Notes: generated by a model not told the origin, from the sequence alone. Counted from the first letter of the stretch, positions 26,257 to 37,135 are shown. The stretch: 64,000 nucleotides of DNA from Paludibacteraceae bacterium (GCA_018433525.1 JAHDRA010000012.1:52588-116587); one strand, 5' to 3'. Numbers and translations: made by a program.

Positions 26257-26670
26257 TTATTTCTCCGAATAACGGGTTTTAATCAAATATTCATTCAGAC
26301 TGCGCACTTGCCTGACAAAAGCATCGCTACAAACGGAGCAAAGAGCAGCCATTCTCAAGCGGGCGGGATCCAAATTGTTCTGTTTCATTTTTTCGTGGGT
26401 CATTGCTACTACTTTACCGGTTTTTTCGGTGCAGCTTTCGCCAAAAACGCAATCGGTACCATCTGCAGCAATGAAAACGCCATCGAAGCCTTTTTCGAAA
26501 GCATGCAGGATCCAATTGGGCTTTATTCCGCTTGAACATGGAACAGTTATGGTATAAACGGTTGGCGGATAATGCAGTTTAAGCAGCCCGGCCATATCAA
26601 TAGCCGGATCTGAAATTTTCTCGGTAGAAAATACCAGAATTTTTGCATTTTTCTTTACGAAGCTCGTCAT
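26257..26670 (-). CDS. MvhD/FlpD-like hydrogenase iron-sulfur (delta) subunit family protein
   Basis: 137 aa. ILVFSTE...VPCSSGIKPNWILHAFEKGFDGVFIAADGTDC resembles the methyl-viologen-reducing hydrogenase delta subunit fold. A 3-nt gap separates it from the next gene. Confidence 0.75.
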   Translation of the reverse strand: MTSFVKKNAKILVFSTEKISDPAIDMAGLLKLHYPPTVYTITVPCSSGIKPNWILHAFEKGFDGVFIAADGTDCVFGESCTEKTGKVVAMTHEKMKQNNLDPARLRMAALCSVCSDAFVRQVRSLNEYLIKTRYSEK

Positions 26671-26681
26671 GGAGGAAAAAA

Positions 26682-26933
26682 TTATTTCTTTTTCAGATAC
26701 AATTTATAATATCCGTTTTCCTCTACCATGCCAAGAAACTCGTTTCCTTGCTTGTTGCACCATTTTGGCAAATCATTCTTTGTGCCTTCATCGGCCGACA
26801 AAACTTCCAAAATTTCTCCCGATTGTATGGTTCCAATTGCTTTTTTAGCTTCCAAAAGTGGGCCAGGGCAGGCAGTTCCGCGTGCATCTACCGATTTGGC
26901 TACGGTAAGATTTTTCAATTCTTCGGTGGTCAT
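26682..26933 (-). CDS. tusA: TusA-family sulfur carrier protein
   Basis: 83 aa with the canonical DARGTACPGPLLEAKKAI (Cys-Pro-x-Pro) motif. Confidence 0.9.
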   Translation of the reverse strand: MTTEELKNLTVAKSVDARGTACPGPLLEAKKAIGTIQSGEILEVLSADEGTKNDLPKWCNKQGNEFLGMVEENGYYKLYLKKK

Positions 26934-26971
26934 AATTCTATAATTTTTAATGTTTGTTTATGGGTTATTAC

Positions 26972-27541
26972 TTATATCATCCATTGCATGGCGCTTTCGC
27001 CGGCATCTGCCACAAAAGTTGCTGCTCCTGCAATTCGGAAATGTGGATAATCGATAAATTCTTCTTTTTTGAAGCCCATCAAATTCATGGTCATTTCGCA
27101 AGCCGTAATTTCTATTCCCAATTCGGCGGCTTCCTTAAACATTTCGTCCAATGAAAGTACATGCTGTTTTTTCATCAAATTTTTCATCATCATGGGTCCC
27201 ATACCACACATATTGTGTTTGGACAATTTCAGTTTCCCATATCCTTTGGGCAACATGCATCCGAACATTTTGGAAACAAAGTTTTTCCCTTTCACAGTTT
27301 TCTTGGGATCACGTAATGCTGCCAATCCCCAGAATGAGAAGAACAGTTTTACCTTTGTATCCATAGCTGCCGCCGCCAGCGATATAATCATTCCTGCCAT
27401 AATTTTGTCCATGTCGCCTGAGATAATTGCTATCGACAATTGGTCTTTTTTGGCTGAATTTTCCAATTGCGTTGTTTTGGCTTTCAAGTTTTCCAGTTCA
27501 GCCAAAAGTTTTTCCATGGTTATTTCATTTGATTTTTCCAT
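26972..27541 (-). CDS. DsrE/DsrF-like family protein with N-terminal coiled-coil
   Basis: The track ORF extends to 27742. Its first 67 codons are AT-rich and low-complexity and abut the recO stop. I place the start at the ATG at 27541 (MEKSNEITMEKLL...). SIAIISGDMDKIMAGMIISLAAAAMD...FFSFWGL is typical of DsrE-like proteins. Confidence 0.7.
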   Translation of the reverse strand: MEKSNEITMEKLLAELENLKAKTTQLENSAKKDQLSIAIISGDMDKIMAGMIISLAAAAMDTKVKLFFSFWGLAALRDPKKTVKGKNFVSKMFGCMLPKGYGKLKLSKHNMCGMGPMMMKNLMKKQHVLSLDEMFKEAAELGIEITACEMTMNLMGFKKEEFIDYPHFRIAGAATFVADAGESAMQWMI

Positions 27542-27741
27542 AATAATAGTATTTTTAAATTGATTTCTGCACAAATTAACGAAAAAATTTATGAATCTGC
27601 TATATCTTACAGGAATATTTATTCGGAAAAATTCAAAATAAATCGGATAAACAACTTTTGAAGAAGGTTGTCGGAAATAGCTTTTTTGTATCCGCAAAAA
27701 AAAAATTAAAAAGTCAATAATTCCCATATTGACAAACGCCA

Positions 27742-28464
27742 TTAATCAAAAAGAGTTTTCAGCACCTCCAGCGAATGAATCTCGGGAAAATCGGGAAGAT
27801 GAAAACGATAATAACTCACTATATCCTCCAATAATTTTTCTCGCTGCTGACGTGAAAGTTTGATTTCGGTCATGTGCTCATAGTCGGTTTGCAACAACTG
27901 AGCCATTTTCCCGGCTTCTTCGGCAAAGAGATAATGCCGATGAGCAGGCGGAGAGGACAAAAAAACACCGTTTACCAAATCGAAAAAAAGTGTCGTCTGT
28001 CCATCGATATTGGGTTCAAAGCCCAAGTATCGCGAAAGTTTAAGTAAAAATACCAGATGAAAATTCGCCGTTTTTTGCTTACTGTTATCCAAAAACTCCA
28101 ATGATTGCCGCAGAAAAAGGTAGAGTGATTCATCGGCTTCGCTTTGAGAAAGCACTTTCAAAAGCACTTCGGCGATAAACATGGCAATAGAACGCTTGAG
28201 AGGATCGATGGTCAGGCTCTGGTAAGGCACAAGCACCCTTACATCCTTCATTTGCTGAATATTCTTTCGCATATCGTGCGAAACTTCCAGCTCTACTATC
28301 GACAAAGGTTGAAAAAAAGCAGGTTTCCACGAAGACTTTCTTTTCCCTCTGCCATAAATCATGTAAGCAACTCGTCCAAAACGACGGGTAAAAATGGTTA
28401 CTATCGCAGAATTGTCCGAGTACTTTAGTGAATGAAAAACTATACCTTCGGTTTTGACTTGCAC
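27742..28464 (-). CDS. recO: DNA repair protein RecO
   Basis: 240 aa. The N-terminal OB fold MQVKTEGIVFHSLKYSDNSAIVTIFTRRFGRVAYM and the length fit RecO. Confidence 0.88.
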   Translation of the reverse strand: MQVKTEGIVFHSLKYSDNSAIVTIFTRRFGRVAYMIYGRGKRKSSWKPAFFQPLSIVELEVSHDMRKNIQQMKDVRVLVPYQSLTIDPLKRSIAMFIAEVLLKVLSQSEADESLYLFLRQSLEFLDNSKQKTANFHLVFLLKLSRYLGFEPNIDGQTTLFFDLVNGVFLSSPPAHRHYLFAEEAGKMAQLLQTDYEHMTEIKLSRQQREKLLEDIVSYYRFHLPDFPEIHSLEVLKTLFD

Positions 28465-28683
28465 AGCTCGCTCCTTTTTTTGAAAACAAAATTACGGGAA
28501 AAATCTCGTTTTTTACCTGATTCGATGAAGAAACCAATGCAAAACTTAATGCTAAATTCTCACTTTTAAGTTGAACTTAGCATCCGTCCTTCCCCAAAAA
28601 CAAAAAAAATTCGTTTCAAAACGACATTTAAAATCAAGCAACAACCCATATCGCTGAAAAATTAAAAAATTTAAAACAAAGTC

Positions 28684-28714
28684 TTTGATATTTCAAAAAT
28701 CTGCCGTATATTTG
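28684..28714 (+). promoter_or_regulatory. Bacteroidetes sigma-A promoter (-33 TTTG / -7 TAtaTTTG) for tRNA-Glu and rpsT
   Basis: TTTG at 28684-28687, a 19-nt spacer, then TATATTTG at 28707-28714. It lies about 45 nt upstream of the tRNA. Confidence 0.6.
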
Positions 28715-28758
28715 CACCCGCAATTGTGCAAAACAGTTGAAGTTTTCATAACATTTTT

Positions 28759-28833
28759 GGCCCATTCGTCTATCGGTTAGGACGCAAGATTTTCATTCTT
28801 GAAAGAGCAGTTCGATTCTGCTATGGGCTACCA
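28759..28833 (+). tRNA. tRNA-Glu (anticodon UUC), CCA encoded
   Basis: I folded the cloverleaf by hand. Acceptor GGCCCAT/ATGGGCT, D arm GTCT..GGAC, anticodon stem CAAGA/TCTTG with loop TTTTCAT, T arm AGCAG-TTCGATT-CTGCT, then ACCA. Confidence 0.92.
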
Positions 28834-28863
28834 TATTACAACACTTTAATATCTCAAAAAACA

Positions 28864-29118
28864 ATGGCTAACAATAATTCAGCTATTAAAAGAATTCGTC
28901 AGGCAAACAAAAAAAGGCTTCACAACCGCTATTACATCAAATCAACACGTACGGCAATTAAAAGATTGCGTACAACTACCGATAAAGAAAAAGCCGCAGA
29001 ATTGTTGCCACAAGTTTCTTCCATGCTCGACAAGCTGGCTAAACGCAATATGATTCACAAGAACAAAGCCAACAACTTAAAATCGAAATTGGCTATTCAT
29101 GTGAACAAGCTGGCGTGA
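28864..29118 (+). CDS. rpsT: 30S ribosomal protein S20
   Basis: 84 aa, starting [24 protein letters not shown]. Confidence 0.95.
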   Translation: MANNNSAIKRIRQANKKRLHNRYYIKSTRTAIKRLRTTTDKEKAAELLPQVSSMLDKLAKRNMIHKNKANNLKSKLAIHVNKLA

Positions 29119-29139
29119 ACCGATAAAAAATGAATTTTT

Positions 29140-29172
29140 AAAGCTCTTCATCGACAGGTGAAGAGCTTTTTT
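29140..29172. terminator. Bidirectional terminator between rpsT and upp
   Basis: AAAGCTCTTCA-tcgacagg-TGAAGAGCTTT followed by TTT. Confidence 0.7.
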
Positions 29173-29174
29173 AT

Positions 29175-29828
29175 TTACAGTTTCTCGCCAAAAGCCAAAT
29201 CTCCGGCATCCCCCAAACCAGGAATGATGTAAGAATGACTGTTTATTTCGGGATCGATGGCAGCAGCCCAGATAGTGGTTATATTTTCAGGGAAATGGGT
29301 AGTGAGATAATTTATCGCATGGCGGCTGGCAATAACCGTAGCGATATGAATTTTAGAGGGAAATCCTTTGGTGGTTAGCGCTGAAAAAGTCTGCTCCATC
29401 GAGCTTCCGGTAGCCAGCATGGGATCAGTGAGAATCAACGTTTTTCCTTCCAAACCGGGAGAAGCAATGTATTCTACAAAAATTTCAAAATTTTCCGCAT
29501 TCCTGTATTTTCTGTAAGCTGAGACAAAAGCATTTTCCGAGCCATCGAAATAATTTAAAAAACCTTGATGGAAAGGAAGGCCGGCACGAAGAATAGTAGA
29601 AATTACCACTTTTTCGTCGATAACTTTCACGGGAGCAATCCCTAAAGGAGTCTGAACTTTTTCCTCCACATAATCCATAGCTTTGCTGATTTCATAAGCC
29701 ATGATTTCCCCAATTCTCTCCATATTCCGCCTGAAACGCATGGAATCTTTCTGAATTTCTACCGACCGGATTTCTTTTATAAACTGATTTAAAATTGAAT
29801 TGTTATCGGACAGATTTATAATTTTCAT
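29175..29828 (-). CDS. upp: Uracil phosphoribosyltransferase
   Basis: 217 aa with the PRPP-binding motif LILTDPMLATGSS and C-terminal GLGDAGDLAFG. Confidence 0.95.
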   Translation of the reverse strand: MKIINLSDNNSILNQFIKEIRSVEIQKDSMRFRRNMERIGEIMAYEISKAMDYVEEKVQTPLGIAPVKVIDEKVVISTILRAGLPFHQGFLNYFDGSENAFVSAYRKYRNAENFEIFVEYIASPGLEGKTLILTDPMLATGSSMEQTFSALTTKGFPSKIHIATVIASRHAINYLTTHFPENITTIWAAAIDPEINSHSYIIPGLGDAGDLAFGEKL

Positions 29829-29889
29829 ATATCGACAAACATCAAATAATTATTTTCTCTTCTCTCTCTCCATCAAAACAACAGTTTTT

Positions 29890-31545
29890 TTACTGTTTAT
29901 CCTTTTCTCTTATTTCCACACGGCGAATTTTTCCGCTGATGGTTTTGGGCAGTTCGTCCACAAATTCGATAATACGGGGATATTTATAGGGAGCGGTAAC
30001 TTTTTTCACATGATTTTGAAGTTCTTTTACAAGCTCCTCTCCTGCTTTATCCTTGTATTCTTTGGCAAGTATTACCGTTGCTTTCACTACTTGACCGCGC
30101 AATTCGTCGGGTACTCCGGTAATGGCACATTCAACAACTGCAGGGTGAGTCATCAGTGCACTTTCCACTTCGAAAGGCCCGATACGGTAACCGGAACTTT
30201 TGATCACATCATCCGTTCTACCAACAAACCAGAAATAACCCTCTTCATCTTTCCAAGCCATATCGCCGGTATGATAAACATTTCCCCTGAAAGCTTCACG
30301 TGTCAGTTCTTCGTTCCGATAATAACCTTTGAACAAACCCACAGGATAATTTTTGTGCAGCTTGATTACAATTTCCCCTTGTTCACCCACTTCAGCCGAT
30401 CGTCCATCCGGCATTTGAATATCCACATCGTAATGAGGTCCCGGCAATCCCATCGAACCGGGTTTTGGTTCAATCCAAGGAGTGGTATATACACAAACTG
30501 TCGTTTCACTTTGCCCGTAACCCTCGTGCAGTTTAATGCCTGTCAACTCGTAAAGTTTTTCGTAAACGGAAGCATTCAGGGCTTCTCCTGCCGTTGTAGC
30601 ATATTCCAGAGAAGACAAATCATACTTGCTAATGTCTTCCCTGATCAGAAAACGGAAAATGGTTGGAGGCGCACAAAGAGAAGTTACATGATATTTCTCG
30701 ATCATTTCGAGCATATTTGCGGGAGTAAATTTTTCGTGGTCATATACAAATACACAAGCACCCACAATCCACTGTCCATAAATTTTCCCCCAAAGTGCTT
30801 TCAACCATCCGGTATCGGCTATCGTCAGATGAATACTGTTTTCATGCAGATTGTGCCAGTATTTGGCTGTAATAATATGTCCCAACGGATAAAGACAATC
30901 AAGCAACACCATTTTTGGATTACCTGTAGTTCCGGACGTAAAACTGATAATCAACGGATCGGTATTTTCATTCACATGATGAATGGGTGTAAAGGGAGTC
31001 GCCTCATCAATTCCCTTGTGAAAATCGAGCCAATTTTCCGGCACGATAGGCCCAATGGAAATCAGCATTTCAACAGTAGGGGATTCAGCCATTGAATCGT
31101 TAATGTGGCTTACAATCGGTTCTTCTCCAACTGCAACTATTGCCTTAATATCAGCAGCATTGTTTCGGTAGATCAAGTCTTTCGGCGTAAGCAAATGCGT
31201 GTCTGGAATAGTAATAGCGCCCAATTTATGTAAAGCCAGAATAGTAAACCAGAACTCATATCGACGTTTGAGTATGGCCATCACCACATCGCCTTTTCCT
31301 ATACCCAAACTTTGGAAATAAGAAGCAGTCTGGTCACTGTATTTTTTCATTTCAGCAAAAGAAAATTTTCTGCATTCTCCCTGATCATTGGTCCAAATCA
31401 TGGCGAGTTTGTCCGGCTCTTTGGCAGCCCACTCGTCTATCACGTCGTAAGCAAAATTAAAATGCTCGGGAACGATCAATTGATAATTAGCCTTAAAATC
31501 ATCAAAATCCTTAAATTCAGTTTGTTTTAAATATTTTTCCAACAT
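29890..31545 (-). CDS. AMP-forming acyl-CoA synthetase/ligase (medium-chain type)
   Basis: The AMP-binding motifs are SFTSGTTGNPK, GYGQSET, YHTGDMA and ISGKIRR. The track start at 31581 is a TTG. I prefer the ATG at 31545 (MLEKYLKQ...). Confidence 0.88.
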   Translation of the reverse strand: MLEKYLKQTEFKDFDDFKANYQLIVPEHFNFAYDVIDEWAAKEPDKLAMIWTNDQGECRKFSFAEMKKYSDQTASYFQSLGIGKGDVVMAILKRRYEFWFTILALHKLGAITIPDTHLLTPKDLIYRNNAADIKAIVAVGEEPIVSHINDSMAESPTVEMLISIGPIVPENWLDFHKGIDEATPFTPIHHVNENTDPLIISFTSGTTGNPKMVLLDCLYPLGHIITAKYWHNLHENSIHLTIADTGWLKALWGKIYGQWIVGACVFVYDHEKFTPANMLEMIEKYHVTSLCAPPTIFRFLIREDISKYDLSSLEYATTAGEALNASVYEKLYELTGIKLHEGYGQSETTVCVYTTPWIEPKPGSMGLPGPHYDVDIQMPDGRSAEVGEQGEIVIKLHKNYPVGLFKGYYRNEELTREAFRGNVYHTGDMAWKDEEGYFWFVGRTDDVIKSSGYRIGPFEVESALMTHPAVVECAITGVPDELRGQVVKATVILAKEYKDKAGEELVKELQNHVKKVTAPYKYPRIIEFVDELPKTISGKIRRVEIREKDKQ

Positions 31546-31650
31546 ATTTTGAATAGAATAAATTACTAACGATAAGTTCAATTAATAAAATTTGCTACGT
31601 CTTTTAAAATTATTTTTTATCCGAAAAAAGCTTTCTTTCGAGACTATTAA

Positions 31651-32199
31651 TTAAATGATAACAGCCAGAAATTTGACTCTTTTCCCGTTCAAAGCTTTCA
31701 TTCCGTGTGGGCGTGTTGCATCAAAGTAAATGCTGTCGCCTTCGTTCAGAATAAGGTCGTTGCCGGCGATGCGCAATAGCAAAGTGCCTTCCAGCACATA
31801 ATTAAACTCCTGATTGAAATGGGTATTCAATGTAAGCGGATTGTCGTTGGGTTCTACGGTAACCTCAAAAGGTTCTGCCTTGGGATGACGAAAACCGTAA
31901 GCAAGTGCCTGATATTTGTAAGCTTTTGTTCTTTCTACGCTTGCTCCCGTTCCCTTACGGGTAACGAAAAAAACCTGTGCGTGAGGATCATCGCCAACAA
32001 GAAGAGCAGTAGTTGCAACGCCGAAAGAATCGGCAGCCTGACAGATAAAACTCATCGGTATATCGTAATCGCCCGATTCGTATTGTTGATATTCTTCTGT
32101 TGTAGCACCACATTTTTCTGCAGCCTGTTCGGGAGTCAGCTCAAGTGATTCGCGCAATGCACGTAATCTTTCGGCAATTTGTTTGATTTGAATATTCAT
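31651..32199 (-). CDS. XRE-family HTH transcriptional regulator with C-terminal cupin domain
   Basis: 182 aa. The N-terminal HTH is IAERLRALRESLELTPEQAAEKCG. The C-terminal cupin has GDSIYFDATRPHGM. Confidence 0.85.
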   Translation of the reverse strand: MNIQIKQIAERLRALRESLELTPEQAAEKCGATTEEYQQYESGDYDIPMSFICQAADSFGVATTALLVGDDPHAQVFFVTRKGTGASVERTKAYKYQALAYGFRHPKAEPFEVTVEPNDNPLTLNTHFNQEFNYVLEGTLLLRIAGNDLILNEGDSIYFDATRPHGMKALNGKRVKFLAVII

Positions 32200-32244
32200 G
32201 GATGTAAAACTTAAAAAAAATTGTTTTTTGCAGAATCTATTTTT

Positions 32245-33045
32245 TCATTTGGAATAAGATGCTTTCAACCCTTTGATAACAGCATTTGAAAATCCATTGG
32301 CTTCCATTTCGTTCAAACCTTTGATGGTAAAGCCTCCGGGCGTAGTAACCTTATCTATTTCCGTTTCTGGATGAGACTGATGGAGTTCAAGCAAATCCAC
32401 AGCACCTCTTACGGTTTGAATAACCGCTTCCTGAGCCATCTGAGGCGAAATGCCCATTTCAACAGCTCCGGCTACCGAAGCCCGCACATACCGAAAAGCA
32501 TAAGCAATGCCACATGAAGTTAATGCCATAAAAGCATCCATTTGATTTTCGGACACGAAAAATGTTTTCCCTAAAACATTAAAAATTTCCAGTAATAACT
32601 GTTGGTGTTCTTTGCAGGCATTGAACGATGAAACAACAGAAACACCCTGTCCTATTTCGACCGCTACATTGGGAATAACACGGAAAAACACTCCATTAGA
32701 ATCAAAAAAATGCGTCAGGGTTTCAAAACTAACGCCTGCCGCAATGGAAATGATTACTTGCTTTTTATAATCGATGTACTTGCTTATTTCTTTGGCAACC
32801 GCTTCGACCAGCCAAGGCTTGATAGCAAGCAAAACAATATCGGCCTGCCTGATGATTTCCCTATTAGAAGTACTTACGGTAAAATGTGGATTAAAAGCAG
32901 TCAATTGATCCAACTTTTCTTGAGAAATATCGCTAATGGCGATATTTTCAGCACTTAAAATGTCTGATTTTGACCAGCCGCGTGCCAATGCTCCACCCAT
33001 ATTTCCGGCTCCAATAATGGCAATTTTTAAATTTTTGATTTCCAT
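32245..33045 (-). CDS. proC: Pyrroline-5-carboxylate reductase
   Basis: 266 aa with the Rossmann motif IAIIGAGNMGGA and C-terminal VTTPGGFTIKGL. Confidence 0.93.
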   Translation of the reverse strand: MEIKNLKIAIIGAGNMGGALARGWSKSDILSAENIAISDISQEKLDQLTAFNPHFTVSTSNREIIRQADIVLLAIKPWLVEAVAKEISKYIDYKKQVIISIAAGVSFETLTHFFDSNGVFFRVIPNVAVEIGQGVSVVSSFNACKEHQQLLLEIFNVLGKTFFVSENQMDAFMALTSCGIAYAFRYVRASVAGAVEMGISPQMAQEAVIQTVRGAVDLLELHQSHPETEIDKVTTPGGFTIKGLNEMEANGFSNAVIKGLKASYSK

Positions 33046-33358
33046 AAGCTCATTAAAATGATAAATATCCGAGAACTTCGTGAACCAAATGCAAACTTAC
33101 ACAAAATTTTGGACTTATTTTCTGCAGCGAAACAAAAAGTATTGGTTCAACTGCAATTCTTTTTAGCAGCAAGAAAACTTTAAATTGTTTCAATTTAAAC
33201 AATTATTCTAACTTGCTGATTTTTATTTAATTGTTCTAAACATTTTAAAATATCTATCAAAAACATTCCAAAAAAATATTTTCACAAGATTTGGTAATGA
33301 AAATTTAAACATAAGGGCTCGAATATTTGTTTTAAAAGTAAAATCAAATCTCAAACTT

Positions 33359-33613
33359 ATGAAAACAAATGTAGGCTCGACCGACAAAGTAGTACGCTTA
33401 GCATTGGCTATCGTGCTGATTGTTCTGTTTTACAAGGGTATTTTCTCCGTCATTCTGGGAATTGTTGCTCTTATTGTCGCTTTTGTACTTACTCTAACCT
33501 CGCTGATTGGGTTCTGCCCGCTTTACACACTTTTTGGAATAAATACAGCAAAGAAAAAAGAGCAGAGTGAAAACGCTGAACAACCCACTAAAAAACGACA
33601 ACCCAAGAACTGA
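33359..33613 (+). CDS. DUF2892 (YgaP-like) small membrane protein
   Basis: 84 aa. It reads MKTNVGSTDKVVRLALAIVL...LIGFCPLYTLFGINT with two TM helices. Confidence 0.8.
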   Translation: MKTNVGSTDKVVRLALAIVLIVLFYKGIFSVILGIVALIVAFVLTLTSLIGFCPLYTLFGINTAKKKEQSENAEQPTKKRQPKN

Positions 33614-33770
33614 GGACATCGATGACGTCAGGAATCGGAATTTTCGGTACACGAAATTGAGTTATCTCCATGCATTTCATTCGACAAAGGATACAAATGC
33701 TTGTAAAAGGGAAAGGGAGAAAAAAATCTTCCAATTACTTAAAAATTTCTTTAATTAAACAACCTGTTCC

Positions 33771-33801
33771 TTTGAAAATCGGACAAAAATTCGTAAATTT
33801 G
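33771..33801 (+). promoter_or_regulatory. Bacteroidetes sigma-A promoter (-33 TTTG / -7 TAaaTTTG) for gap
   Basis: TTTG at 33771-33774, a 19-nt spacer, then TAAATTTG at 33794-33801. It lies about 40 nt upstream of the ATG. Confidence 0.6.
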
Positions 33802-33822
33802 TGCGGTTTTTTAAGTAACTAA

Positions 33823-34842
<1,020 letters not shown>

Positions 34843-34877
34843 AGAGCTTTAACAGAAAAAAAAGAATAGTTTTTTTG

Positions 34878-34912
34878 AACTCTCTCAAAATTAATTTTTG
34901 AGGGAGTTTTTT
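34878..34912. terminator. Bidirectional terminator between gap and rplQ
   Basis: AACTCTCTCAAAA-ttaa-TTTTTGAGGGAGTT followed by TTTT. Confidence 0.7.
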
Positions 34913-34989
34913 ATTCAATTACTCCCAACAAAAAAGGGAACAGCTTGCGTGGTCCCCTTTTTAATATGATTAACAAAAAATCTTCAATT

Positions 34990-35520
34990 TTATTCTTCTG
35001 TCGTTGGTGCCTGATTTTCGGCAGGTGCCTGTTCAACAGGTTTAGGAGCCGAAACTTCCGAAGTGGCAGGTGCTGCCTGAACTTCAGTTTCTGCTTTCTT
35101 TCTAGAAGAAGAACGACGTGTACGAGTTGTTTTCTTGGTAGTTTTATCCTTGAGCATGTTTTCGTTGTAATCAACAAGCTCAATAATGCACATTTCTGCA
35201 TTATCTCCCAAGCGGAAACCCGTCCGGAGAATACGCGTATAACCACCCGGACGATTTGCAATTTTCACCGAAATATTTTGAAACAATTCGGTTACAGCTT
35301 CCTTGTTCTGCAAATAACTGAAAACCAAACGTCTTGATTGAGTCGTATCTTCCTTGGCTCTGGTCAAAAGAGGTTCAACGTAAACTCTTAAAGCTTTAGC
35401 TTTAGGAAGTGTAGTGGAGATTCTTTTGTGCAAAATCAACGATGAAGCCATATTGGACAATAAAGCTTTCCTGTGAGAAGACGTACGACTTAAATGGTTG
35501 AATTTCTTATTATGTCTCAT
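34990..35520 (-). CDS. rplQ: 50S ribosomal protein L17
   Basis: 176 aa, starting [24 protein letters not shown]. It is the last gene of the alpha operon. It carries a C-terminal tail of about 55 aa rich in Ala, Pro, Glu and Thr. Confidence 0.95.
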   Translation of the reverse strand: MRHNKKFNHLSRTSSHRKALLSNMASSLILHKRISTTLPKAKALRVYVEPLLTRAKEDTTQSRRLVFSYLQNKEAVTELFQNISVKIANRPGGYTRILRTGFRLGDNAEMCIIELVDYNENMLKDKTTKKTTRTRRSSSRKKAETEVQAAPATSEVSAPKPVEQAPAENQAPTTEE

Positions 35521-35525
35521 TTCAT

Positions 35526-36518
35526 TTAATCTTTATCTAATTTATACTTTGAAACATCCATCCCGAAGGAAAGATTTAAACTAATCAATTTTTCTTCCAG
35601 TTCGGCGAGCGATTTTTTGCCGAAATTACGGAACTTCAACAGGTCGTTGCGTTGAAAACTGCAAAGTTGTCCCAATGTTTCAATATCGGCAGCTTTCAAA
35701 CAATTCAATGCTCTGACTGAAAGTTCCAAATCGGTAAGTTTGGTTTTTAACAACTGACGCATGTGAAGAACCTCTTCGTCAAATTCGCTTGTTGTTTCAC
35801 CTTCTACTGTTTCAACTTCTATTTTCTCATCAGAGAACAACATGAAATGCTGAATCAGAATTTTTGCTGCCTCTTTCAATGCTTCCTTAGGAGGAATAGA
35901 ACCATCGGTTAAAATTTCAATTACTAATTTTTCGTAATCTGTAACCTGTTCCACACGATAATTTTCGATGGCATATTTCACGTTACGGATAGGTGTAAAA
36001 ATTGAATCGATGGGAATAACGCCAATTTCGAGATTGGAAGTTCTGTTTTCTTCAGCCGGTACATATCCACGTCCCTTGTTGATGGCAATGTCAATCTGAA
36101 AACTTCCTTTCGGATCAAGTTCGCAAATAATAAGCTCCGGATTGAGAACTTCAAAACCGGTAAGATGTTTACCAATATCTCCGGCTTTAAAAACTGCTGT
36201 ATCCGAAACGGTAATCGAAACTTTTTCGTTATCAACACCTTCTACCACTTGTTTGAAACGCACTTTTTTCAGGTTGAGAATGATATTGGTTACATCATCA
36301 ATCACTCCCGGAATGGTAGAATATTCATGATCTATTCCTTCGATTTTGATAGAAGTGATGGCAAAACCTTCCAAAGAAGACAAGAGAATACGGCGCAATG
36401 CATTGCCGATAGTAATGCCATAGCCGGGTTCCAGAGGGCGAAATTCAAATTTTCCATGAAAATCGTCTGCCTCCAGCATAATAACCTTTTCGGGTTTTTG
36501 AAATGCTAATATAGACAT
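35526..36518 (-). CDS. rpoA: DNA-directed RNA polymerase alpha subunit
   Basis: 330 aa with N-terminal and C-terminal domains ([20 protein letters not shown]). Its operon position is conserved. Confidence 0.97.
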   Translation of the reverse strand: MSILAFQKPEKVIMLEADDFHGKFEFRPLEPGYGITIGNALRRILLSSLEGFAITSIKIEGIDHEYSTIPGVIDDVTNIILNLKKVRFKQVVEGVDNEKVSITVSDTAVFKAGDIGKHLTGFEVLNPELIICELDPKGSFQIDIAINKGRGYVPAEENRTSNLEIGVIPIDSIFTPIRNVKYAIENYRVEQVTDYEKLVIEILTDGSIPPKEALKEAAKILIQHFMLFSDEKIEVETVEGETTSEFDEEVLHMRQLLKTKLTDLELSVRALNCLKAADIETLGQLCSFQRNDLLKFRNFGKKSLAELEEKLISLNLSFGMDVSKYKLDKD

Positions 36519-36529
36519 GAATTTACAAA

Positions 36530-37135
36530 TTATTTAGAGTATAACTCAACGATTAAATGTTCTTTGATATTTTCAGGGATATCCTCTCTTTCGGGGATAT
36601 GCAGATAAGTTCCTGAAAGCGTTGAAGCATTCCATTCAATCCACGGATATTTGCTGTGGTTGAAACCGCTCAACGAATTCTGAATCACTTCCATTGATTT
36701 GTCTTTTTCGCGTACACCCACCACCTGACCAGGTTTAACCTGATAGGAAGGAATGTTAACTACCTTACCATCCACTGTGATGTGTTTGTGGTTTACCAAC
36801 TGACGGGCAGCAGCACGTGTAGGTGCAATTCCCATTCTGAAAACCAAATTATCAAGACGCGATTCCAGCATTTGCAACAAAATTACGCCTGTTACGCCGG
36901 AAGCACGACGTGCACGTTCATAAATGATATGAAACTGCTTTTCAAGAACTCCGTAGGTATATTTAGCCTTTTGTTTTTCGCGCAGCTGAATACCGTATTC
37001 AGAAGTTTTCTTTCTTCGGTTGTTCCCGTGCTGTCCGGGAGGATAGTTCTTTTTGCTCAATACTTTATCGGGTCCAAAAATAGCTTCGCCAAACTTACGT
37101 GCTATTTTTGTTTTAGGTCCAATATATCTTGCCAT
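36530..37135 (-). CDS. rpsD: 30S ribosomal protein S4
   Basis: 201 aa, starting [21 protein letters not shown]. Confidence 0.97.
   Translation of the reverse strand: MARYIGPKTKIARKFGEAIFGPDKVLSKKNYPPGQHGNNRRKKTSEYGIQLREKQKAKYTYGVLEKQFHIIYERARRASGVTGVILLQMLESRLDNLVFRMGIAPTRAAARQLVNHKHITVDGKVVNIPSYQVKPGQVVGVREKDKSMEVIQNSLSGFNHSKYPWIEWNASTLSGTYLHIPEREDIPENIKEHLIVELYSK

Noticed and set aside
27542-27742. A 67-codon N-terminal extension of the DsrE-like ORF reaching the recO stop
   Set aside because: The extension is AT-rich and F/I/N-rich, with no domain character. The internal ATG at 27541 gives a protein of family-typical size and leaves a 200-nt promoter region.
29800-31095. A 431-aa plus-strand ORF, one of the longest in the track
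   Set aside because: It lies entirely antisense to the acyl-CoA synthetase gene, which carries all the AMP-binding signature motifs. Its own translation is low-complexity (rich in F, I, N, S, R and C) with no recognisable motifs. Long open antisense frames are a known artefact in this gene family.
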